From: an uncultured Gammaproteobacteria bacterium
GTDB lineage: Bacteria > Patescibacteriota > Microgenomatia > Levybacterales > GWA1-39-11
Direction: 5' to 3'
NCBI GenBank assembly: GCA_964651815.1
Contig: CAZYWG010000002.1
Location: 92,522 to 156,521 of the forward strand
Length of the DNA stretch: 64,000 bases
Shown: piece after piece, positions 29,497 through 37,554 of the stretch
How the letters are laid out: every line of letters starts with the position of its first letter
Numbering within the stretch: the stretch's first letter is position 1
The notes under the pieces: generated by a model
Seen by the model: only the letters and a program-made list of their open reading frames with translations
Told to the model about the DNA's origin: nothing
Database searches by the model: none
Position numbers and translations under genes: made by a program

Positions 29497-30848
29497 ATTT
29501 TTCGCAAGTTTACCAATTTTTTAAGCAATAGTCCATCATGTAAAACTTTGACTGCAGATTCTAGATTTTCCGTCTCTACAACAAGACTTATATTTATATT
29601 TGTTGCACCAAGTGACACCATTTTGACAAGTATTTTCTTTTTATCAAGAAGTGTAAAAATGTGTTTTATAACTTCTGTCGAGTTTGTTAAACCTTCTCCT
29701 ACAAGTGAAATAATTGAAACACTTTTTGTAATAGTAACTGAGGTAAACTCTTTCAATTCAGCAGACGCTTCAGAAAGATTCTCGTCATTTTCAAGAGTTA
29801 CCGAAATGCTAACTTCAGAAGCGCCAACTAAATCTATTGAAATATTGTGTTTCGCAAAAATGTCAAAGAGACGAGCCAAAAAACCTTTTGAAAATAACAT
29901 TGCGGTTGAATACATGTTAACAAGAGTTATATTTTTTTTGAAAGAGATTGCAGTAATGGGGTATTGAATATTAGGTTTATCTAGTACTAAGGTTCCAGAT
30001 GTTTCGGGATGAAAAGTGTTAAGAACTCTAATTGGAATTTTTGCGCGAACAGCCGGACGTATAGTCCTTGGGTGCAATACTTTTGCACCAAAAAAGGCAA
30101 GCTCTGAAGCTTCTTTATATGAAATCTCCGGCAATACTTTTGCATTTTTGACGATTCGCGGGTCGGCGGTAAATATACCATTAACATCTGTCCATATCTG
30201 AATTTCCGAAGCGGATAAGCAATATCCAATTATTGCTGCTGTATAGTCTGAGCCTCCGCGCCCGAGAGTTGTAATTTTTCCTTTTTTTGTTGAACCTATA
30301 AATCCAGTAACAACCGGGGTTATCCCCTTTTTAATTAGGGCTCCAAGGACTTTAATAACTTCTTCTTTTGTTTCTTCAACTAAAAATTCTGCAGAACCAA
30401 AATTGTTATCGGTTTTAATTATTTCCGAGGCAATCACCTGCTGTGCATGGATTTTATTTTTTTTCAAAAATTCTGCGATAATGTATGAGGATATAATTTC
30501 ACCTTCAGCAATTAAAGAATCTCGAAATTCTTTTGAATTTGTTTTTTTTGCTTTTTTCTCAATTAAGTTAATATGATCGTCTATATATAGAAGCAGAGGC
30601 TTAATTGACTTTTTATCAAAAATGCTTTTTAGAATATCTGTATGGATAATTCTTATTTGCTGAAGATTCTTTCTAAAATCTTTTTTGTCCAGGAGGGATA
30701 AAAGTAAATCTGTCACGCCCGATAAGGCTGAAACAACTATTATTGATTTATTTTGGGGGTCACTTTTTGCGACCACACTCGCAATGGTTTTGATATTTTT
30801 TACTGTGCTTACGGAAGTACCGCCAAATTTTTTAATAACTACTTTCAT
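29493..30848 (-). CDS. lysC: Aspartate kinase with C-terminal ACT domains
   Basis: MKVVIKKFGGTSV kinase signature and tandem ACT-like C-terminal repeats. Confidence 0.9.
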   Translation of the reverse strand: MKVVIKKFGGTSVSTVKNIKTIASVVAKSDPQNKSIIVVSALSGVTDLLLSLLDKKDFRKNLQQIRIIHTDILKSIFDKKSIKPLLLYIDDHINLIEKKAKKTNSKEFRDSLIAEGEIISSYIIAEFLKKNKIHAQQVIASEIIKTDNNFGSAEFLVEETKEEVIKVLGALIKKGITPVVTGFIGSTKKGKITTLGRGGSDYTAAIIGYCLSASEIQIWTDVNGIFTADPRIVKNAKVLPEISYKEASELAFFGAKVLHPRTIRPAVRAKIPIRVLNTFHPETSGTLVLDKPNIQYPITAISFKKNITLVNMYSTAMLFSKGFLARLFDIFAKHNISIDLVGASEVSISVTLENDENLSEASAELKEFTSVTITKSVSIISLVGEGLTNSTEVIKHIFTLLDKKKILVKMVSLGATNINISLVVETENLESAVKVLHDGLLLKKLVNLRKI

Positions 30849-30850
30849 AA

Positions 30851-30880
30851 AACAAAAAAACCCCTCAAATTTTGAGGGGC
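30851..30880 (-). terminator. Hairpin CCCCTC-aaaattt-GAGGGG followed by U7 on the minus strand. It is the greA terminator and abuts the lysC ATG.
   Basis: Read directly from the sequence: plus-strand aaaaaaaCCCCTCaaattttGAGGGGcatg. Confidence 0.6.
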
Positions 30881-30972
30881 ATGTTTTATCTTATTTGATA
30901 AATTTTAAGGTAATCAACGCAAATAGCCCCTTTTTAAGGACTGCTTTGATTTTTTAAGTGTAATATTTACCA

Positions 30973-31446
30973 TTATTTTATTGCTACGACTGTGTAAACT
31001 ACTTTTCCTGCCGGAGCTTCTACTTCAACTTTCTCTCCTATTTCTTTACCCATCAAAGCTTTCCCAAGAGGGGATTCATGGGAAATTTTTTTATTTTTAG
31101 GGTCTGCCTCCCACTCGCCTACAAGCGTGAACAATTCTCTTTTGCCATTTATAGCAACTGTTATTTCCGATCCCAGATCTATTTTGGCACCCTTTCCGCT
31201 TTTATGGTTTTCCTCAATTAGGTTTGCGTTTTTAATAATGTCGGAAAGCTCCTCGATTCTCCCATCAATTAATGATAGCTCTTCCCTCGCTGCTGTATAT
31301 TCCGAATTCTCTGAAAGATCGCCCATAGAACGCGCGGCTGAGACTCGCTCCAATACTTGCGCCCTCTTAACATCGGACAAATCTGCGAGCTCTTTTTTTA
31401 ACTCCTCCAAACCCTCTTTTGTAACAAAAACTTTTTTCTTATCCAT
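30973..31446 (-). CDS. greA: Transcription elongation factor GreA
   Basis: N-terminal coiled coil with the acidic tip (DLSENSEY) and an FKBP-like C-domain. Confidence 0.9.
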   Translation of the reverse strand: MDKKKVFVTKEGLEELKKELADLSDVKRAQVLERVSAARSMGDLSENSEYTAAREELSLIDGRIEELSDIIKNANLIEENHKSGKGAKIDLGSEITVAINGKRELFTLVGEWEADPKNKKISHESPLGKALMGKEIGEKVEVEAPAGKVVYTVVAIK

Positions 31447-31524
31447 TTTTTAAAAAATCCCCACTCTGTTCTGACTTGGTGGGGAATTAATACCGTTTAT
31501 ATATACAGGATAAAAAATGGTATG

Positions 31525-32490
31525 TCAATATCCTGGAGTATCAAATGTTTTGGAAAACGAATCTATTTGATCCTGTTTTTCAAGCATTTCACTAAGACAG
31601 CTTAAGTAATTTTGATACCTTTGCTCGTGCAAATTCAAGACAAAATTCGTTTTATCCATAGGGTGAAAGAGGGCATAATTTTGTGATATTTTTTCGCTTG
31701 TAATCCTCTTTTTCATATATGAATATTGGGCGGAATAGAATAATCCATCTATTATGTTCAGGAGTATTGAATAAATTTTATGCAAAACGACAAAATTCTC
31801 CTTTCTTGCAGGCTTAGAAATTTCTGTTATTCGACTAAAAGAATTAGGTAAATATTTCAACACCCATGAATTTTCGCTTAAAAATCTCCCATAGGTGTCA
31901 TTCTTGTTCACAATAGGTTTCAGCTGAACCACTTCATGTGCGGTAAAAAGATTTTGGTCACGGGTTTTAATCTTCAGCGAAGAGGTAGTGATGAACATAT
32001 TAGGGCAAATTTTATTCATACCAAAATTGTCAAGCCTCACTCTTTTATTTTTCATTAAAATCAAGACTATATTCACAAAAAATCGAGTGATCCACAGGCA
32101 TTTATCAGATGTAACTATTAAAAGATCAATATCATCCTCTTTTTTACAATTTTTCATGGACAAACTCCCACTAATCCCAACTAATCTTACAGTTGGAATT
32201 TTTGAAAGCGTTTTAGCAACTTTGTTTGCAATTATCATTTTTTTGTTGCTTTCAAGTTCGCGTTGTATTCGAATTTTACTTATTTTTCCTCGGCCGTTCA
32301 AAAAATAATATTTGCCTTTTTGTGAAATCTCGCCTTTTTCAACCATTGAGCTCAAGTTATAGCTTAGACTGAGCAGGCTAGCCTTTTTTTCTGTTAAGAA
32401 CTTGTGCATTTGTTTTAGCGTAAGCGGGTAATTAAATATGTCCGAGTAAACAAGCGTTGAAATGATTGCAAATTTGGTCCTATCTTGCAT
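31525..32490 (-). CDS. Hypothetical protein with a Pol-beta-like nucleotidyltransferase motif. Start set at an internal Met (MQDRTKF...) to limit overlap with the upstream gene.
   Basis: GISGSLSMKNCKKEDDIDLLIVT matches the GS...[DE]xD nucleotidyltransferase signature. Confidence 0.4.
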   Translation of the reverse strand: MQDRTKFAIISTLVYSDIFNYPLTLKQMHKFLTEKKASLLSLSYNLSSMVEKGEISQKGKYYFLNGRGKISKIRIQRELESNKKMIIANKVAKTLSKIPTVRLVGISGSLSMKNCKKEDDIDLLIVTSDKCLWITRFFVNIVLILMKNKRVRLDNFGMNKICPNMFITTSSLKIKTRDQNLFTAHEVVQLKPIVNKNDTYGRFLSENSWVLKYLPNSFSRITEISKPARKENFVVLHKIYSILLNIIDGLFYSAQYSYMKKRITSEKISQNYALFHPMDKTNFVLNLHEQRYQNYLSCLSEMLEKQDQIDSFSKTFDTPGY

Positions 32491-33883
32491 ATTGGTTGGC
32501 TTCTTGTGTAACACCATGTGCAAGCGTCTCAATAGCCGATTGAGGAGAATTATCCTGTGTAACAATTGAACGAACCGCGTCTCCAAGGTATTTATTCAAT
32601 CCATCTATCAACCTATCATCATAGGTGTCTGATGAAAAAATAGTCGACTGCGCGATACTTCCGTTTGAAACAAATGGATAAACTAAAGTATTGTCTTTTA
32701 ACAAACTTGCCATGTCAGATCTTGGGTACAATTCCCCAAACAAACGCTGTTTAGTCTCATCTGTGTACATTTTTTCCATATTTGCACGAGATGCCAAAAA
32801 TTTCAGAAATTCAAAAGCTTCTTTTTGATGCTGACTTTTACTTGACACACCTTCTACCCAATAAGAAGCGACCGTACTTTGTACTCCACCAGTGACTTGC
32901 GGAACCGGAACAACGGCAAATTGAAAATCCGGATTGACAGCTTTTATCTGAAAAATGTCCCAAGAATATCCTATATACATAGCTACTTCGCCTTTAGCAA
33001 ATGCTAAAGTTGAGTTTTCAAATGAATCGTCCCACACTTTTGTATCTCCCTTGGCAAAAGAAGTATAAAAATCCAAAGCTTGATAAGCATTTTTCTCTGT
33101 AGGACCCCCAAGATTTGTAAGATCTGCACCGTTTTGGAGCATGAGGAGCGAAACAATATCGGAAGCATGAGTTATATTGTCATATGTCCCAAGGGCAATA
33201 CCTGATTGAGTTATCTTGCCGGAACTCGAATCTTCTACTGTCAGGCTACGAGCCGTATTAATAAGGTCATTCCAGCTGGTTGGATAATTTGTTACTCCTG
33301 CATTCTTAAATAGCTGGGTATTAGCAAAAAGGCTAAGAGTGTCAAATTGAATTGGAACTCCATAATATGCACCATTTATATTTAAATCCTTTCCAACGAC
33401 GGGATAAAATTTACTATCAAGCTCAAGTGTTTTAACAACGTCAGCCGGCATAGGCGAAAGACGAGGTCTAATCTCAGATATCCAAGAGTTGTGGAAGCGG
33501 AATATATCAGGGCCCGTGCCGTTCCCTGTCCTTGCTTCAAGTCTGTCAATATATTTTCCTAAGCTTTTGATATCTTGCTTCTCAACATTCACTTTTATAT
33601 GTGGGTTAATCCGGGTGAATTCCGCGGCTGCCGCACGAAATGGAGCAGGATCTTCCCAAGCAACCCAATAGCTTAATGTGACATCTTGGGTTTTTTTTGG
33701 TAAAACACGCGGCAGGATGACAAAAAGAAAGAACAAAATAAACAAAAATAAAACTAGAAATCCAATGGCAAAGCTAATTATTTTCTTAATCGGTGGACCT
33801 GATGGGATATCATCTCCAACTGGCGAGTATTCAGGCTGTATTTCTTGAGGTATTTGATTTGAATTATCATCCATAGCTATCAA
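32480..33883 (-). CDS. Membrane-anchored extracellular solute-binding protein (ABC-type, family 1, sugar-binding-like). No adjacent permease or ATPase gene.
   Basis: N-terminal TM anchor followed by an SBP_bac_1-like fold. Confidence 0.55.
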   Translation of the reverse strand: MIAMDDNSNQIPQEIQPEYSPVGDDIPSGPPIKKIISFAIGFLVLFLFILFFLFVILPRVLPKKTQDVTLSYWVAWEDPAPFRAAAAEFTRINPHIKVNVEKQDIKSLGKYIDRLEARTGNGTGPDIFRFHNSWISEIRPRLSPMPADVVKTLELDSKFYPVVGKDLNINGAYYGVPIQFDTLSLFANTQLFKNAGVTNYPTSWNDLINTARSLTVEDSSSGKITQSGIALGTYDNITHASDIVSLLMLQNGADLTNLGGPTEKNAYQALDFYTSFAKGDTKVWDDSFENSTLAFAKGEVAMYIGYSWDIFQIKAVNPDFQFAVVPVPQVTGGVQSTVASYWVEGVSSKSQHQKEAFEFLKFLASRANMEKMYTDETKQRLFGELYPRSDMASLLKDNTLVYPFVSNGSIAQSTIFSSDTYDDRLIDGLNKYLGDAVRSIVTQDNSPQSAIETLAHGVTQEANQYAR

Positions 33884-33942
33884 TTGCTGGAAGCTCTATC
33901 CACACTATAGTATAATAGTAACGCTTCAAAAAAGCTATAAAA

Positions 33943-35361
33943 GTGAGGAGTTATTTACCAAAAAAACACACAGTTTTGAGCGCAGTAAAATCTGCATACT
34001 GGTTTATTATTGGATTTGTACTAATGGGGACGATAGTTACAAGCGCTTCTCTTTTTTATTTTCAATACACATATAGAAATCGCGTTATTCCGGGAGTTTT
34101 CATTGATAATATATATATTGGTGAAAAAACAAAGGGCGATATTGAGAAAATATTTGCAGAAAAAAATCAAAAAATCGGAAAAAACAACTTTATTTTTTCG
34201 GCGGCGGGGATGGACGCCACAATATCTGCGAAGACGCTTGGAATTGGATATGATACTAACTTAATCGAAGCTCAATCTTTAAATCTTGGAAAAACTACAA
34301 ATCTTCTCAGTGATATTTACATAATTCTATCCTCTTATGTAAATGGGACGTTTTTAACAGCACCTTATACGTTTAATAATAGTGCTTTGAATTCGAAACT
34401 TGACCCGCTTGAAAAAGCAGTTCATATCGATCCAATTGATGCAGAGTTTAATGTACAAGGGAATAGAGTAATTGCCTTCAAACAATCTAGCAATGGACGA
34501 GATTTAGATATTGACCCTTTAAACGACAGGATTAACCATATGATAGCGAGTCTTGCTACAGCAAAAGAACCGGAAATTTTAAGAATCGCAATTGACGTTA
34601 AAACAACAAAACCAAAAATTACAACAGAGCAAGCAAACAAGTTTGGGATTGTTGAACCAATTGGTACTGGCACTTCCACGTATTTTCACTCAATTCCTGG
34701 CCGCGTCTATAATATTTCGCTTGCAACATCACGAATTAATGGAGCGCTTGTGGCCCCGGGAGAAGAATTTTCTTTTGATAAAACTCTTGGGGATGTTTCT
34801 TCTTTCACAGGATATCAACAGGCTTATGTCATCCAAAACGGAAAAACGGTTTTGGGGGACGGCGGGGGGGTTTGCCAAGTTTCAACAACTCTTTTCAGGG
34901 CGCTATTAAATTCAGGCCTTCCCATCACAGAACGCCATGCGCACGCGTATCGTGTAGGATATTATGAACAAGACGCCCCAACCGGATTTGATGCAACAAT
35001 TTTTGTGCCGAGTGTTGACCTTAGATTTACAAATGACACTGGCCATTATATTTTAATTCAAGCGTATGCCGATCCTGCAAATTACACGCTTACATTCACG
35101 CTTTTCGGAAAAAGCGACGGAAGGCAAGCAATTGTTTCAAAACCCCTAATTACTAATGTCGCTCCTGCGCCCCCGGATCTTTATCAGGATGATCCAACTC
35201 TCCCCGTAGGAACAGTTAAGCAAGTTGATTTCGCGGCTCCCGGAGGAAAATCCGTATTCACACGAACTGTTACCCGCGGGGGGCAAACAATAATTTCCGA
35301 TACCTTCACTTCAGTTTACAAACCTTGGCAAGCAGTGTTTATGAAAGGGACAAAGACCTAA
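33943..35361 (+). CDS. VanW-family protein (N-terminal TM, PG-binding-like region, VanW domain, C-terminal G5-like domain). GTG start as in the ORF track.
   Basis: VanW core GGGVCQVSTTLFRALLNSGLPITERHAHAYRVGYY. Confidence 0.65.
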   Translation: MRSYLPKKHTVLSAVKSAYWFIIGFVLMGTIVTSASLFYFQYTYRNRVIPGVFIDNIYIGEKTKGDIEKIFAEKNQKIGKNNFIFSAAGMDATISAKTLGIGYDTNLIEAQSLNLGKTTNLLSDIYIILSSYVNGTFLTAPYTFNNSALNSKLDPLEKAVHIDPIDAEFNVQGNRVIAFKQSSNGRDLDIDPLNDRINHMIASLATAKEPEILRIAIDVKTTKPKITTEQANKFGIVEPIGTGTSTYFHSIPGRVYNISLATSRINGALVAPGEEFSFDKTLGDVSSFTGYQQAYVIQNGKTVLGDGGGVCQVSTTLFRALLNSGLPITERHAHAYRVGYYEQDAPTGFDATIFVPSVDLRFTNDTGHYILIQAYADPANYTLTFTLFGKSDGRQAIVSKPLITNVAPAPPDLYQDDPTLPVGTVKQVDFAAPGGKSVFTRTVTRGGQTIISDTFTSVYKPWQAVFMKGTKT

Positions 35362-35391
35362 TAAAGGATATCAGATCAGATGAAGTTAACT

Positions 35392-35427
35392 TCTGATGCT
35401 TTTGATACATTTGATACTTCTGATACT
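35392..35427 (+). repeat. Four tandem 9-bp direct repeats (TYTGATRCW) immediately upstream of the cytidylyltransferase-like gene
   Basis: tctgatgct / tttgataca / tttgatact / tctgatact, ending 8 nt before ATG 35435. Confidence 0.6.
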
Positions 35428-35434
35428 TTCTCAT

Positions 35435-35902
35435 ATGGATAACATTCTTAACTTTCAAGAAGTCCATGTTATTAATCGAAATAAAAAAACCGATGACAAA
35501 GTAGTACTTGTCGGTGGGTGTTTTGATGTTTTACACAAAGGGCATATTGAATTTCTAAAACGTTCGAAAGCTGCGGGGGATATTTTGGTTTTAATGCTTG
35601 AAAGTGACCAAAAAATAAAAGATCTTAAAGGTAGTAATAGACCAATAAACACCCAAGAAGATCGAGCCACGGTTTTAGCAAATCTCTCTATGGTTGATTA
35701 TGTGATTTGCCTACCGTACCTAAAAACGGATAATGACTATGAGATGCTTGTCAAATCAATTAAACCTGGTATAATTGCTGTAACTACCGGAGCAATTGTA
35801 TTTGATTGGGAGAGAGTTTATATGAATGAGACGGGAGGCAAAATTGTTGAAGTTGTAAAAAGGATTGCGGACTATTCAACTACAAAGCTTGTTAGAAGAT
35901 AG
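35435..35902 (+). CDS. Cytidylyltransferase-like nucleotidyltransferase (HxGH class; RfaE-domain-II / glycerol-3-P cytidylyltransferase-like)
   Basis: VVLVGGCFDVLHKGHIEFL (HxGH motif). Start moved to the first Met after the repeat array. Confidence 0.6.
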   Translation: MDNILNFQEVHVINRNKKTDDKVVLVGGCFDVLHKGHIEFLKRSKAAGDILVLMLESDQKIKDLKGSNRPINTQEDRATVLANLSMVDYVICLPYLKTDNDYEMLVKSIKPGIIAVTTGAIVFDWERVYMNETGGKIVEVVKRIADYSTTKLVRR

Positions 35903-35926
35903 AGCTATAGGACTGTTAATATATTT

Positions 35927-36397
35927 ATGAAAAAACTTGTTATCGTTTACATAGTTTTGATAATCGCCGTTATTTTACTCGCGGTATTTAAATTCGGTGG
36001 AAAAATTCCTTCTTTTTCATTATTTTCTAATGCTGAGGCAAATATAAATGGCACCAAAATCAGTCTACTTCTTGCAAAATCAGATCAGGATAGGATAAAA
36101 GGTTTGTCGGGTCACAAAAAACTCGATAACAATCAAGGCATGCTATTTGTTTGGGATAAAAAAGGCGTATATCCTTTTTGGATGAAAAATATGCTTTTTT
36201 CAATTGATATAATTTACATTGATGATAATACAGTTGTCTATGTAGTCCAGAATGCACCGGCGCCATCAGGTCAAACACAAATATTAACTATTTATAAACC
36301 TGACCAACCTGCAAACTACGTTCTTGAGGTAAACGCGGGAACAGCTCAAAAATTAGGCATTAAAAAAGGCACCAAAGTTACCTTCAAAGGTGTATAA
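35927..36397 (+). CDS. DUF192-family protein (COG1430)
   Basis: NQGMLFVWDKKGVYPFWMKNMLFSIDIIYID core; single N-terminal TM. Confidence 0.55.
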   Translation: MKKLVIVYIVLIIAVILLAVFKFGGKIPSFSLFSNAEANINGTKISLLLAKSDQDRIKGLSGHKKLDNNQGMLFVWDKKGVYPFWMKNMLFSIDIIYIDDNTVVYVVQNAPAPSGQTQILTIYKPDQPANYVLEVNAGTAQKLGIKKGTKVTFKGV

Positions 36398-36433
36398 GTT
36401 AAACACCATCCCAACTTTCAAACTAATAATTTT

Positions 36434-37489
36434 ATGAGAATTCTTGCCATTGAATCAAGCTGCGATGAAACAAGTGCTGCCATAGTTGGAAAAAATGATC
36501 AAGATAGAATTAAGGTTTTGTCAAATATTACGGCAACGTCAATTGAAATGCATGTTCCGACTGGAGGAATAATTCCTGAAAATGCCGCGCGCGAACAGCT
36601 AAAGTACATAATTCCGGTAATAACCGAATCACTTCTTAAATCGGAGAATGTTAAATCAAAAAAACCGCAAGAGAATTCTAAAATTGCAACTGAAATACTT
36701 AATAAAAAAATTGATGCTATTGCTGTAACTTCAGGCCCTGGACTTGTCGGTTCACTTCTTATTGGAGTTGAGACTGCAAAAACACTGTCTTTTACTTTTA
36801 ACAAACCCTTGGTCCCTGTTAATCATTTACTCGCGCATGTTTTTGCAAATTTTATTCATTCAGAACCTTCCTTTCCGTTTATTGGACTTATTGCGTCGGG
36901 CGCCCATACAGATCTCTTGTTATTTAACTCTGTCACAGACTACACATGGCTTGGGGGTACTCGTGATGATGCGTGCGGAGAAGCATTTGATAAAGTAGGC
37001 AGAATGTTGAAATTAGCATATCCTGCCGGCTCGGAAATAGAAAAAAGAGCAAAACTTGCTAAGCAAACTAAGATTAAATTTCATAGTCCTTTAATTGGAT
37101 CCCCCGATTTTGATTTCTCTTTTTCAGGATTAAAATCCGAGGCGGCGAGATTTATAGAGGGTAAAAACTTAACCGAAAGGTTAACCAATGAGATTTGCTA
37201 TGCACTACAGGATGCGATATTCAACGTATTGGTCAAAAAAACTGTTCGAGCAGCAAAACTGTACAAATGTTCTACCATATTACTCGGTGGTGGAGTTTCA
37301 GCAAGTAACACATTGCCTGAGTACTTTAATTCATCAATAGAAAAAGAGGGATTAAAAATAAAAGTTATTACACCCGAAAAGGAATTTTCAACGGACAACG
37401 GCGCAATGATAGGCACATATGCGCTCTTGAACTACAAACCTCAAGATTGGCACAACGTCTCTGCGAATCCCGAACTCTATTTCTCGTAA
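36434..37489 (+). CDS. tsaD: tRNA N6-adenosine threonylcarbamoyltransferase TsaD (Kae1/YgjD)
   Basis: MRILAIESSCDETSAAIV and HxxAH metal-binding motifs. Confidence 0.9.
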   Translation: MRILAIESSCDETSAAIVGKNDQDRIKVLSNITATSIEMHVPTGGIIPENAAREQLKYIIPVITESLLKSENVKSKKPQENSKIATEILNKKIDAIAVTSGPGLVGSLLIGVETAKTLSFTFNKPLVPVNHLLAHVFANFIHSEPSFPFIGLIASGAHTDLLLFNSVTDYTWLGGTRDDACGEAFDKVGRMLKLAYPAGSEIEKRAKLAKQTKIKFHSPLIGSPDFDFSFSGLKSEAARFIEGKNLTERLTNEICYALQDAIFNVLVKKTVRAAKLYKCSTILLGGGVSASNTLPEYFNSSIEKEGLKIKVITPEKEFSTDNGAMIGTYALLNYKPQDWHNVSANPELYFS

Positions 37490-37554
37490 GTATACTTGCA
37501 AAATAGATTTCTATCCTTTACAATGGCTCGTTCTGGTCTGTTATACTAATCTTT

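Noticed and set aside
30881-30972. Possible lysine riboswitch (L-box) upstream of lysC
   Set aside because: Only ~92 nt exist between the greA stop and the hairpin, too short for an L-box of ~170-180 nt, and no conserved L-box stems were recognisable by eye.
35396-35434. N-terminal 13 codons of the ORF-track version of the cytidylyltransferase gene (MLLIHLILLILSH)
   Set aside because: They are encoded by the 9-bp tandem repeat array. The conserved domain and first ATG after the repeats are at 35435.
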